Position numbers and translations under genes: made by a program
The notes under the pieces: model-generated
Databases searched by the model: none
What the model was told of the DNA's origin: nothing
What the model saw: the letters and a program-made list of their open reading frames with translations, nothing else
Part shown: positions 35,831-48,371 of the stretch, in pieces
Position numbering within the stretch: position 1 is the stretch's first letter
Layout of the letters: the number at the start of each line of letters is the position of its first letter
Origin: Marsupella aquatica
Taxonomy: Eukaryota > Plantae > Marchantiophyta
Direction of reading: 5' to 3'
Length of the DNA: 64,000 nucleotides
Assembly: GCA_973895155.1 (NCBI GenBank)
Contig: OZ316893.1
Coordinates: forward strand, 13,978,545 to 14,042,544

Positions 35831-37653
35831 ACTGTGACAAGCATCACACTGGACATGGGAATCAGAAGGAGAAGTGGGGGGGGGGAAGAGGGGCGGATCC
35901 GGCGAGCTGAACGAGGGGTGGAAGATGGGGAAGCCATAGGGACAAGAGTGGTAGGTGGTGAACTAGGATAGGAGAGGGGTTCCATGGGAAAATGCTGGGA
36001 AAAAGCTGGGATAAAGGGTGGGGGCAAAGGAAACGAAAATAAATGAACGGAACAATGAGAAAAGAGTACAAGAACAACACCGGAAAGCTCGAGCAAAACA
36101 AAAACATAAATGAAGGAACAAGGGATGGATGTCCAAGGCAAAGAACCTCAACCCGGTAGTGGCAAGCCGCGCCGAACACAGAAACCTGGTAACCCGAAGG
36201 AACGCCTCCAATGACCGAACAAAAAAACCCCGCAGGCACGGAGCCAGAGTGCGAACGGGTACCGCCTATGGTGGGGGCCCAGCCCCACCAACCAAACCAG
36301 GTCCGGGGCCGCCAAGCACAAATCCGCCAAGGAAAACCGGGCCGCCAAGAAACCCAACCCAACTGGGGCCGCCAAGAAACCAATAGTGACTTCAACATGT
36401 ACTTCAGTCTGACACTTTCCTTGGTTTTCCGTCGTGAACACAGATTGCTCCTCAATTGCGCCCATGACTCCTCGTTCCTGACTTTGCTGTCAATGGCTTT
36501 AGACGACCCTTGTGAGTAGGGACAAGCATTAGGTCGGGTATAAGGAGCCGTTAATATGGTTGTGTGTCTACGAACTGTTGTAATTTACGCTAACACCCTC
36601 CAAAATCGCTGACAGAATGAGTGAACCTTTGGCATCAGGGTTTTCACTGTGGCCAAAACTAGTTCGATTCCAACTCTCTGAATTGAAATGTGTTTGACGC
36701 TTTTGGCCAAAATTGGCTACATTTTTTGTCTTGCCTTAGCCAGTTGCACACCTAACCGCAGACCCATTAGCCCGACTGTAAGGTTATCCTTAAATCTAGC
36801 TATATGACTCAGAAGTTGATCTAATCTGGGGAAATCTAATTTTAGCTATCTGATTCAGATATTAGTCTAATCTATGAAGATCTCAAATAAAACTAGTAAA
36901 ATTATATAAAAAAAAATCGTGGCATCGTCTCGTTCGGACATTCGAGCACCCCGGCGAAATAGACAATACCTTAAAAATTACGCTGATTGGTATATTTCAC
37001 TACTGTCCTGTCCGTCGAAAATGCACTCGGTATCCATGACCGTCAATATTGCTAGATCAGCTAATCAGCTCCATCAAATGCCGTCTTGCGCGCCACTCGC
37101 ACACTGTCACACAGTGCCTTTATTGCTTTTCCACAACCCGATCAGTCAGGCAGTTATCTGGAGAAGTGATCCGAATCTTACCTGACAAGTCTAAGGTTCT
37201 CGGCACTCTCCTCCGGCCGCTGAAAGTGATGTCTCGACATCCTGAGCAAGCCACTGCTGTAGCTTCCAGGATACTTTGCTTGGGTGAGTAGTGAGTACTT
37301 CGCATGGAATAGCTACAAACAATAGATAGGTGCATCAGGGCAGCTGGACTCATGATGGTCGGTTAGTATGCACAGAAATTTGCTGTGGACTACATTTTTT
37401 CTTCTGCCCACCACAGCTGGGTTCGATTAGACTTTGACTTTAGAAACCAAGACCCCATTTGTAGCCCATGCACCGTACTCATCTACTGTAGTCTGGAAAT
37501 GCTCTCGGCTTCAGAGCAGGTTTTAGAGCAACTCCAACTACTGTAGTTGGACCCCAGTAAAGAAAATCTAAAAAGGCAGGTTCAACTCACTCCCTGTTTT
37601 GCTACTGCTTGCTACTGCTACCGTGGGTTTTGCTACTGTGGGTTTTGAATAGG

Positions 37654-37745
37654 ATAATGTCCTGATTAGAGGGCATTATGAGATATAATGCCCTGAAAAA
37701 CGAGGGAGGCAGCCCAAGTTTTGAGGGTATTATTCTCATAATGCC
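37654..37745. repeat. Nested inverted-repeat motif of an unclassified repeat
   Basis: AGGGCATTAT-gagat-ATAATGCCCT hairpin (37670-37694); GGCATTATGAGA...TCTCATAATGCC (37672-37683 / 37734-37745). Similar to 10311-10366. Confidence 0.7.
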
Positions 37746-39190
37746 AGTACCTAGGACTTTAATGTGCGCTTTCACTAGGGAGGCCGGGTCTTACTCCAAC
37801 CTGTTCACATCTTCGTCGGGACAAACCAGCAAAACTCTGGCATCTACTCAAGGCTATTATCTGCTGGCATATTTGGAAGGATCAGTGTAAAAATTTCTTT
37901 GAACACACTAGACCCAATCCTCACGGTGTCATTCAGAAGGCTTGGCACCGCCTCAGCATCTACCTCAAGCGCGACTGGGCCAAACACCGGACCAACATTC
38001 GGATTGGGCAGATCACCTTTGCCGAAGTACACCACGACATGTCCAGGGCTTATGGTACTTGGATTGGTCTGTGGCACATTCATGAAGACATACTTCAAGT
38101 TCAGCCAGTCCTGCCACATCCACCATGAGCTTTTTAGTTTTACGGGTTTTGAGGCTGCACTACTGGTAGACTTAGTTTTTCTAGTGCGGACCCACTGTTC
38201 AGGATCTCGCCTGTCCCTGCTCACTGGCCAGTCTTAGGAGTGTGCTGCTCCTGTTGTAGTTTCCAAATCTCTTGTTTGGCTGCCTCTTCGGAGGCTCAAC
38301 TTCTTACCTGGTTACGGCTCCACTGGCCACGGCCCTTTGACTTTTGGTCCCCCACGGGTGGTAGCCCTTTTGGGCCCCCCTCTTTGTATTCTGACTTTTT
38401 GAATGGATTTCACTGAGTTTTTCAAGGCAAAGTTGGGGCTAGTTTTCAGTTGGCTCCTAAAGATACATACACTGAACTTAATATAGGATTCTTATGGGCT
38501 ACTTTTTAGTTGGCCCCTAAAGATACATACAGTGAAATTAATATAGGACGCTGTCACAAAACCCCTTTGGATTAGAGATGGATTCAAGTATGACTAGGGA
38601 TGGACTATATAGCATGTTCATCTTGGAACATGCTTCATTTTTTGTTTTTTAGTAAAATGCAGGTTATTTAATTTTTTGGTGGCAAATATAAACAGTCTAT
38701 GATATTGAAAAGTTGTGCACAAATAGGTACAAGAATAAAAGTACACATGTAAAGAAATTATGTAATAATGAAGGTTTAAGTCTATGGTATTGGGCTGTGC
38801 ACACACAAGTAGAAATATTTATGTACTTACCTTAGGTAATGACACTCAAATTAATTAAAACCATAAATTTAGGGCACAAAACCATAGAACTTAAAGATAC
38901 AAGGAGTGCACTTTACTTAGATCATTTCTTCTTTACTCATGAGAATAAAGGCTACAAATTGCGTGACCTTTGTTAAAAGGTGGATGATCTTAAATGTAGC
39001 AAAGATTAAATAATTTAGAGGGGTGCCAGAATAAATTCAAAATCTAAACTATACAAGGGATGCACCTTGGTAAGACACATTCAATTAAAAATACATAAGA
39101 AAAGAAGTTTGAATAATACTGGAAGGTGGATTCACTATATAGCATATTCAACTTGTTCAATGGAAGATACAGAGGAGTTCAATGGACGAT

Positions 39191-39382
39191 ATAGAGGAGC
39201 ATGTTCAACATGTTCAATGGACTATACAGAGGACTCGTTGGCTCTCCAGGCACAGATTTTTTGGTCCTTGAAATCTTCGCTGGATGATAGAGGAGCATGT
39301 TCAACATGTTCAATGGACTATACAGAGGACTCGTTGGCTCTCCAGGCACAGATTTTTTGGTCCTTGAAATCTTCGCTGGATG
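39191..39382. repeat. Perfect 96-bp tandem duplication upstream of the P450
   Basis: 39191-39286 equals 39287-39382. Confidence 0.95.
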
Positions 39383-39965
39383 AATCCGTGAACAGTGAGT
39401 AGTGAGTGTGCAGATCAGGGTCAGGTAGCCCTTGTAGGTGGACAAAACCCATGATGGGACCCAGTGGTTTGGCCATTGGCGTGACAGGCGAAGCTTAATG
39501 TCGTCCGCTCACGTACTTATAGGAACTGGCCTGGAGTCATCCTTGAGAAGTTCTGATCCCCTCAATTGAGCGCATCGATATCCTTTGGGGACATATTGGA
39601 TTTCATGTCTCCCGGTTCGGCGTTTTCTGCCCTTTGGCACTGTGGATACATAATTTCTGAGAGTTGAGGCCTTCAATTGTATCTTGAGTCCAGATGGTCT
39701 CCAATGGGAGCGATTGGACCGCAAGTCTGTTGTGGACAATTCTACCTGCCATATTTGTAAGTCCCCGCTCGGTCGGTGGATGATCGGGTTCCCATTAATG
39801 TGGGTTTCAGACTTAGCAAACAACACGTCGGGGAGGAGCTTGCCAGCTGACGAAGGTGCATGATAATGTGGGCTAGAATTGTCCCCGATGAACTCTAATC
39901 TGAGGTGAAATTAAAGTAGGAATCGTGGGTCTCGCTGGAGATTTGGAAGACGAAATCAGCGAAAG

Positions 39966-42419
39966 ATGTTTGTACTTCTGCGATCATGGACCGAGGCCGC
40001 TTTGCTTCTCCTGGCCGTAATTGTTTTTCTCAATATGTGGAGCAGGAGGTCACACGGACTTCATCTACCTCCCGGTCCGCGTCCATACCCTGTGATAGGA
40101 AATCTTCCTCAATTGAGTCATCACATTTACCGAGACTTTGAGAACCTGGGGAAGAAGTATGGGCCTCTCTTATACTTGAAAATGGGTGCTGTGCCGGTCG
40201 TTGCTGTGCAAAGCGCTGCACTTGCGAGGGAAATTACTAAAGTTCATGATTCAGTGTTTGCTTATCGTCCTCAAGATCTATCTGGTGCACAAATACTTCT
40301 GTTCGAGAACAGCGATGTGGGTTTCGCACCCATTGGTCCCCATTGGCGCTACCTGCGGAAACTCTTAGCGACCGAACTTTTCCTCCCAAAGCGCCTCAAT
40401 ACTTTCAAGGTCAGTCGTCCTGCAGTCAACCATGCTTTGATACCTTCAATTTAGCTGCCTTGCAAGCTTGAGATTCTCCATTTTCTTGTTTCCATTTCTT
40501 TAGTCCCAAATTCAATTCACACTCATACCGAGTTTGGTTGTAACTCATTCTTTCATGAAACTTTCAGTATATTGACCCCCATAATGAAGCAAGAAATGGC
40601 ACCAAAAACAGCCATTCTACAGTTAGGGACATCCAAGTTTCTAGCTCTACGATAAGTTTCTGTAGCTGAAACCAAAATAACCGACGTATTTACTACGTTT
40701 GGTCCCAAATATTAGCTTACTATTAATTTTTAGGGATTGTCTACACTCATTTTAGGATTCATCCGAAAGTTTGTCCGTTTCAAACGAGGTCTGTATATCA
40801 CATCATCTTAAGCCTTTTCATTACCTCAGGTTTGAGATGATGTTGTATAGACTCGGTTTCCGTGTACATAATGCGGATCTAACTTCAATCTTGTAACAAG
40901 CAGGGGCAGAGACTGGAAGAGATCAAGGCAACGATGATTTCGATGATCGAAGGGTCTAAGCAAGGGGGGACTGTAAATGTGTTCGAGCATATGAACGCTC
41001 TGATGTACAACATCGTCACACGGATGGTGGCGGGGAAGACGTTTTACGGGTCCAAAGCAGTATCATCGAAAGAGATCGAGAGCTTTCGCACTCTGATGGT
41101 GGACTTTTTCGACCTTTTCAACGGGTTCAACATTGTGGATTGGTTCCCTTACATGCGGATGTTCGGGGACTTGCAAGGCACTCAGAAGAAAATGAAGAAA
41201 GTGGCCGTTCGTCTGGATACCTTCCTCCAGGGTTGTATTGATGAGCATCGAAACAAGGCACGCAACCACCACCAAACCGACGAAAGTCAGGTGGACCACG
41301 TTAAGGACTTCGTCGACTTGCTGCTTGAAGTCCCTGGTTCTGAAAATGGGGAACCGTTTGGAGATCGAAACGTGAAAATTATGCTGCAGGTGATGTAACT
41401 GGAACTTATCGCGGACTGGATGGTCACTCAATTTCTCTGACTGATAAGATACAAATGGTGCAACTTTTATCAAATATGCAAGAAAAAAAAAGACGGAATC
41501 TGCTGAAGGGAAAATAATGGATGTTTGTGTACAAGAATTTTCAAAATGCAGAAAGATTAACTCCCAGTATGAATGAAAGAAAGGCGGGAAAACTACTCCA
41601 CTCGTGATGTCGAATTACACTTACTAGTAAGAAAAAGGGATTGTTCAGAAGGCCTCTTGAGTGTGTACAACAATTTTGTGAAAAAGCCAGGACGAAAGAA
41701 TTCCAACCGCTTGAATGTAAAGAGTTCCAGTTTCTTAATACGTGAAGCGTGTTGGGAATTGAATATTACAGGCATCATTTATTGCGGGCACCGAAACATC
41801 GTCGTCGGCTCTGCAATGGGCCTTGGCAGAGCTCATCCGAAATCCGACTCTGATGAAGAAGCTGCAAGACGAAGTGGAGGGCGTTGTGGGGCGAGAGAGA
41901 ATGGTCCAAGAAGAGGACTTGCCTCAGATGAAACTGTTGGATGCGGTGGTCAAGGAGACTTTCCGTCTGCATCCACCGGGCCCTTTCTTACTTCCCCGTC
42001 AACCCAATCAGAACTGCAGGGTGGGAGGGTATGACATTCCTTCCAACGCGCGGGTGTTCGTGAGTATCTGGGCCATAGGGAGAGATCCGAATGTGTGGGA
42101 ACGGCCTCTGGAGTTTCTTCCTGAGCGATTTCTGGACATCCCCAAAGACTACAACGGATCGTTTCATGAGTTTCTGCCTTTCGGCTCCGGTCGGAGAATC
42201 TGTCCAGGCATGAACTTGGGTCTGCTGATTCTCCATTTGGAGCTGGCGCATCTCGTGCATCTTTGCGATTACTCTCTGGCTCCCGAACTGAGGCCCGAGG
42301 ATATGGACATGTCGGAAGCGCCTGGCTTCAATGTCCCGAAACGTGTTCCTCTTCAGGTTATTGCCATTCCGCGCCTGGCTCCTGACTTCTACAAGACCCA
42401 CCTCCACCGAGAATCCTAG
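39966..42419 (+). CDS. Cytochrome P450, A-type / CYP71 clan; exons 39966-40409, 40904-41389, 41772-42419; 525 aa
   Basis: N-terminal anchor plus LPPGPRPYPVIGNL, WRYLRK, AGTET (I-helix), KETFR, PERF, PFGSGRRICPG. Two phase-0 GT-AG introns give an open frame. Family not assignable by eye. Confidence 0.96.
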
Positions 42420-43354
42420 GAAATGGGAATCAGTGGCTCAGTTCAAGAGAATTCTCCGAAATGTACGTTGGGGGTCGTTTCGAAGACAATCGTGAAAAAG
42501 TAAAGAGATACCAAACCAAAGCATGAGCTTACAGTGAACTCCTCAATGCCATGGCGATCACAGACCAACGATTCTTAGAGTAAGGCGTCACGATGAGACT
42601 CTCTGCAGATCACAGATGTTCTCAATTGGGTTCACGTTTAAATTTCTGTTAAGGAAGAAACAATGGCAAACTGGATGACAACAGCACCAGAGTTGACAAG
42701 GCTAGGCGTGTTGAGGACTGAGGAGACTTGGTAGTTGTAAGTGCTCCAATGCTTGAAAAGCATATATACTAGAGCTCTTGCATGTAGACACTTATTTACA
42801 TTAGTATACATTACTAAGGTCGTATGTTAAAGTACGTATTGAGTGGAAGTCTTGTTGACGATAAGTGAGGTGGTGAAGCCTTGCCAAGCTACAGGATTTC
42901 AAGGAGTGTGCAAACAACATTTCAGGATTTCAAGGAGTGTGCATGCAAATTCCAGGAAAAGTTGGGGTTGGGTGCAGAAAAGGTGAATAAAAACACACTC
43001 AAACACAAGATATCTTCTTATCTACTCACTTTAATATACAGTCCCGCATTTTTGTACTCATTGTGTTTGAACTCATTATGACCCTTGGATTTAAAGCTTA
43101 CATTTCCCTGCCATCAGATCTGTGTAAAGAAAAATAAAAGAGTATGTACTAGCTTGAGTCACGGATGGACTTCCATCCACATCTTACTAGTAAAGCGCGA
43201 ACTGAAGTCTACTGTTAACGACCTAGGGTCTAGAGTGAAGCCTCTAGACCGTAACTGTGGGGGCATAAGAAAATTGGGGGTGTGTAAAGTAAGGGTGAGT
43301 CACTTTACCAAGTGGAGAATGGGGAGCGGGTAATAGTAGGTTTAGAAGTCGAAG

Positions 43355-43520
43355 CTGCGCGGCGGCACTCAGGAACACAAGGGGATCTGCGGCGGCACTC
43401 AGGAACGCAAGGGGATCTGCGGCGGAATGCAAGTTGATCGGGCGATGGCACATGGAAAAGCAGGGGATCTGCGTGGGAATGCAAGTGGATTGGGCGATGG
43501 CACATGGAAAAGCAGTGGGC
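43355..43520. repeat. Short tandem repeats in the Helitron 5' region
   Basis: CTGCGGCGGCACTCAGGAAC(A/G)CAAGGGGAT x2 and GGAATGCAAGT..GGGCGATGGCACATGGAAAAGCAG x2. Confidence 0.8.
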
Positions 43521-46500
43521 TGCACGTGAACGCAAGGGAAGTCAAAGCTCAGTCTGATGATTAATTTGCCATTCGATTTTGCTTTGCCGTTCGTGTTTGC
43601 TTTGCCGTTCGTTTTTGATTTGCAGGATTGGACTGCCCATTGGAATTCATCGATGTTTGCAGATTTATTGGGAGCGGCATTTCCTCTCAACGAAAAGGCA
43701 AGGATATTAAGCTGCTGAAGACGTTGCGACTAGACAGTCGAAGCCCCCTCAAGACCAAGGTCAGAACTTCCTCGGTAAGCTGGATAGTCTTCTAGACATC
43801 TAACTTGAACTTCAGCCTAATTGTAAAGTCGTTTATTTAATTTGTGCAGGGCTGATGAACGGCGTGCTTTGAGCTTGGTTGACTGGTTGTTTTCCTGTCT
43901 GCTTTCACAGGATTTGAATTCACTGCAGGGATCCGGGAGGGACTCCATCTATTGGCCTCGGTATCTCCAAAGAGGCAGACTGGGATTTTGAGGCAGCACG
44001 TAAGGTGCATGAGCTTGGAGCTCTTCTTTCATTCAGAGCTAGGTGGAGCTCGATTCATATACACTTGCTTTCCTCGCATTAACTTCAGCTCTGGGCCGAC
44101 GAGGGTCGACGATAGCCCCACAATCTCACACCATAGCGCACGATGGGGCTGTAGAAAGAGAGCTCCAAGTCTGCGATGCGCATCGCATGGGCGACGGGAT
44201 TTTGGGGAGGAGGATTAAATTGGATCTTGGATTAAACAATTTCCTTGAAATTGAACAGGGAGGAGGGTAGTGATGTGACGATCACTACGCGATCAATTTC
44301 ACTCTCTTCATGGCCGCGGTGGTCGTTGGAATGCTCAATTTTAGGGTCCTCAAATCCTCGATTTTAGGGTCCTCAAATCCTCGATAGTGGTTGCTAACTC
44401 GGTGGATGCTTGGCAGCATACCGCAGTGAGTCCCCAATGAAGCCTTTAATGCCCGTGTTGGCATCGAGTGATCGAGGGAGTTGTGGGACCATCGACGAAG
44501 AGTTGGAAAAGGAGTTGGGAAAGGTGAGTGCCCTCTATATGAATGTTACCGGGTGATCTGAGTTTGTTCAAAGTTGCTTTCCACTCTGTCAAAGCAAAAA
44601 GGAGTCACAGCTCTTGCTTGAATTGAATTGAGCATCTTGATTTCCTGCTGTCTGCACAACAATCTCTCTCGCTGAGTTTCCCTCGCCTCCTGCTTCAGCT
44701 GTTGTCCATAAAGAGATCTGTTTATCGAGCTCTTGACTTGCATCGGGAGCATTCAACATTTCTATGAGCTCTTAATTTGCTAGCTCGCAGTTAGTTAGCA
44801 AGTGTTGATATCGGGGACATTGTGACAACCACCGAAAGGCTAATTGGTTTTAATCGTAGTTGCTCGCTTTGGTTCTGGACTCAAGGAGGTGAAGGCCGCG
44901 TGTTCAAGGGAGTTAGAACTGAGGAGAGGCTGGGCTCGGCTAGAAGTCGAGATTGCAGAGGCGGAGGATTGTTTAGGCTGGCAGTAAGGGTTGGTAGTAA
45001 GGTCGGGAGTAAGTTGATCTGAGTTTGTACTGAGTCTCTTTCCACTCCTGCCAACACAGAAAAGAGTCATGCAGCTCTTGCTTGAATTGGTTTGAATCGG
45101 TCCTTTCGAGGTAATTGCCCTACATTGATCACGTTCATTGCAAACTATTGACGATGGACTCTTCAATTTACGATCTGTTGTAGGGATCCGAGAGGGACTC
45201 AGGAAGATTTGCTACAGGGGTCCGGGAGGGACTCGAGATGGTACCGAGACGGCTCCAACTGCCATGATTGAGCCTGGCTGGGATTTGTTATAAGGCATTG
45301 GAGTTCTACAAACCCCAGACTGCAAGCATTCAAGTAGGTAGAGGGCGGGTAACAGGCAAGGCCCCGTAGTTGGGATTGAAGGTAACTCCCTTCTTCGCCA
45401 TCAGTACCATTTGTTCTTAAATAATGTTTTCGATACAAAAGAAGAAATCAGGATTTATGGGCCCACGGTTGGCCGCGGTGTTCGATCACTTGAGCAGTAG
45501 TGCACACTCATTTTGACTATTGTTTACTGCGGCCGACTATTGTTTATCCAGCAAGCAAGACGAGCATCAGTTGAGGCGAGAGTGAGAGAGTGAGATAGTG
45601 ACCTACAGATGATAGAGGCGCAATTCATCATTTCAACGCAAGGGAAGAGTGAGTGACAGATGATACAACAGTTGGTCGGTGCAAGAAATCGCCGACAGAT
45701 TGAGATTTTACAACATCGACAAGCAAATGGAAGAGAAGGCAAGGGAACGCAAGGCAACGCGGGAGAGGGAGGGAACGGCGTCCACTCCCGCGTGCGCACC
45801 TCTGACCAGGGCAGAGGACGAGAGAAATAGAGACCGGAGAGAGCTCTGAGAGACACAGAGGAATTCCTGTCTATGCACTGAGTCTATGGGGAAAAGTTTT
45901 GCGAGATGCTGCAGCCAGCTTTTTTTCTCTTCTCCAGAACCGTTGAAGGAGTCCCTGCATTTTAAGTCCAAGATCGAGGAGGTTGGTGCGTGGGTTCATA
46001 GTGCTGGAGCTAATGGGTGTCACTTTGTCTAGGAGAAAGGAGGTTGGTCCTGCCGTTCATGGTCGGGAGATAGCATAAATATCTGGTGAACTCTGGGAAG
46101 CAAGCTGGTACTAGCTCAATGGACTTTTGGTCGTTGCAGAGACACTGGCATCGGTGGTTGCAGCAATAGTAGAGTAAACAACACATTTAGAGGGCAGGCA
46201 GAAGAGTAGTCAATGACAAGAGAGCAGTGAGATAAGCAATTTCGCTCCAGCCTTTTCTTTCATCCCTTTCACCAAGACAAAGTGAGATATGATGGTGAAG
46301 TGACCATCATAGCATATCGAATTAGTGATAGAGTTTAGATTGCTAAAACTACCTATTTTGGTCCAAGATAGAGGCATCCAAGATAGAGGCATCTCAGATA
46401 AATGTTGGTCCGAGATAGAGGTGTTTGAGATAGAAAATAGATAGAGGCATCTGAGATAGAAAATAGTTGAGTCATGCAAAACAGGGCTTTGTATGTGATG

Positions 46501-48371
46501 GTTGATCACAATCATTTTTATGAATAAATTTGAGCAATCATTTATACTTGATACATTTTCTTATCCTTTATTTGTTCTCCTCTATTTTGTAGATATAAAT
46601 GATCTAGATGTGTACAACAATGGCAAACCAAAGGGTTTTGAATGATATTACTAATTTGTCAACCACAGTTCGACAAGTCATTTCTTCTCCAAGGTATTAA
46701 TGTAGATATTACTAATTTCATTCCTATCCTCTTCTCTATATTATAAGCAAAATGCATATAATTCAATTTTGTTTGCTATTGAAAAATGGATCATATATAT
46801 CTAATTTTGACTTTTTATTTTATTTTAGGCATGTTGATTCTACCCTTATCATAAATGAAAGGGAAACTATTAGTATCAATGAGCCAAGACGAGAAGAATG
46901 TCTTCCAAGACGAGAAGAATGTCTTCCGATTGCAAAAGTAGACCTCTCATATGAAGTTGAAGAGCCATATGAATTTGAGGGACCAGCACGAGCGTCATTG
47001 AGAGTTGGCGAGACTGTTGACACTGTGAGAAAGGCAAATAAAGCCAAATATATGCGAGAATGGCGTGCACGGCAACGAGCCAAAAGATTAGACGCACAAG
47101 TAGAAGGAGAAGTTGTTGAGGTTACCATGCCAGACAAAGTAGCTAAACGGGCTAGACAACAAGAGGATCGACGCGCAATTGAAAAAGCAACAAGGAACAT
47201 TCATGTTGTTGCAGAGGACTCAGAAATGCTTCATATCAGGTATTAATTTTTGTTTTACAAATTTTAAGAATTGTGTTTGTATCCAGGCTACATTTCTATC
47301 GAGATTTATTTCAATCTTAATTATATTTTTTATAGGGAACTACCACCTATTGTTGGAGATGCACAATTACCTCCACAACTTTTGGAATCAAATTTAGCAT
47401 TGGTGCCCAAGTAAGTTTTACTTTCTAAAAGATCTTGATACTGTTTTTTGCAAACAATTCTAAAAAAAGCCTTATATTTGATTTTTATGCTCAAATACTC
47501 AAGTCACTAGGAATTTATTGTTTTTTCCATGGAAGATTACAACTTATTGTGATATAATTTCATTGAGTTACATGTTTGTTACTACACAGGGACCCAGTTG
47601 TTGTTGACAATGTTCGAGAACCTCCACAACTTCCTTCTTCAAATCAATGTTTAACATCGATTGTAAATGGTCCATCTCCAACGTAAGTTCCAAGATATTA
47701 TCATTTTGGGGGATTTCATAGTGCAACCATTTTTGAAATATGACTGTGAATGATTGATATTTATTACAGGTTACCCATGCCTCTCATTCGAAGAAGCCTT
47801 CGAGATGAACAAATGCTCGCTAGAGCCGAGGGGCAAAGAAACAGACATGCAAGGATAATTAATGAGCCTGAATTTGGGCCTCTTATGACACGACATGGGT
47901 CTACCTCTAGGTATGAAGCAAAATTATTTTCTTCTCATAAACCATGAATAAAATTTAATTCTACTTTGAAATGTAAATAATATTTTATGTTGTTTATTGT
48001 TCTCCACTAGGGAACCGTCTCACAATGAAGATGATATAGTGCCTCCACAAATTACGATCAACCCACCACGCCATCGCACAAGTCGTGTTCCACATCTGCC
48101 AACTATGTATGTTGAGAACTCTTGAATTTTACAGTTCAAACTTCTACTTTGTTAAAGTTTATTGTTGGACTGTTTATTGGATCTAATAGTTTATTATTTA
48201 GAGGATTTGACAGGATTTTGAGTGATTGGTTATTTAAAAGAAACGGGAGATAACATTGGGCTTATCATTGGTTTTGATTGGTTTTTCAGCAACCTAGCAC
48301 GTCGCCGCATATTTGATGAGTATCATGTGTTTCACTTGAAACTACGAGGTCAAACAAATCAAGAGAGTGGT

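Larger units (their letters stand above)
26308..36380 (-). mobile_element. CRE-like (R2-group, RLE-type) non-LTR retrotransposon, interrupted by a copia element
   Basis: Single RT-CCHC-RLE ORF architecture; T/G-rich 3' UTR (26330-26490); possible (ATT)n tail near 26308. Both ends approximate and no TSD found. Confidence 0.8.

Noticed and set aside
37523-37545. TTA|GAGCAACTCCAA as a Tourist/PIF MITE end
   Set aside because: No matching opposite terminus found.
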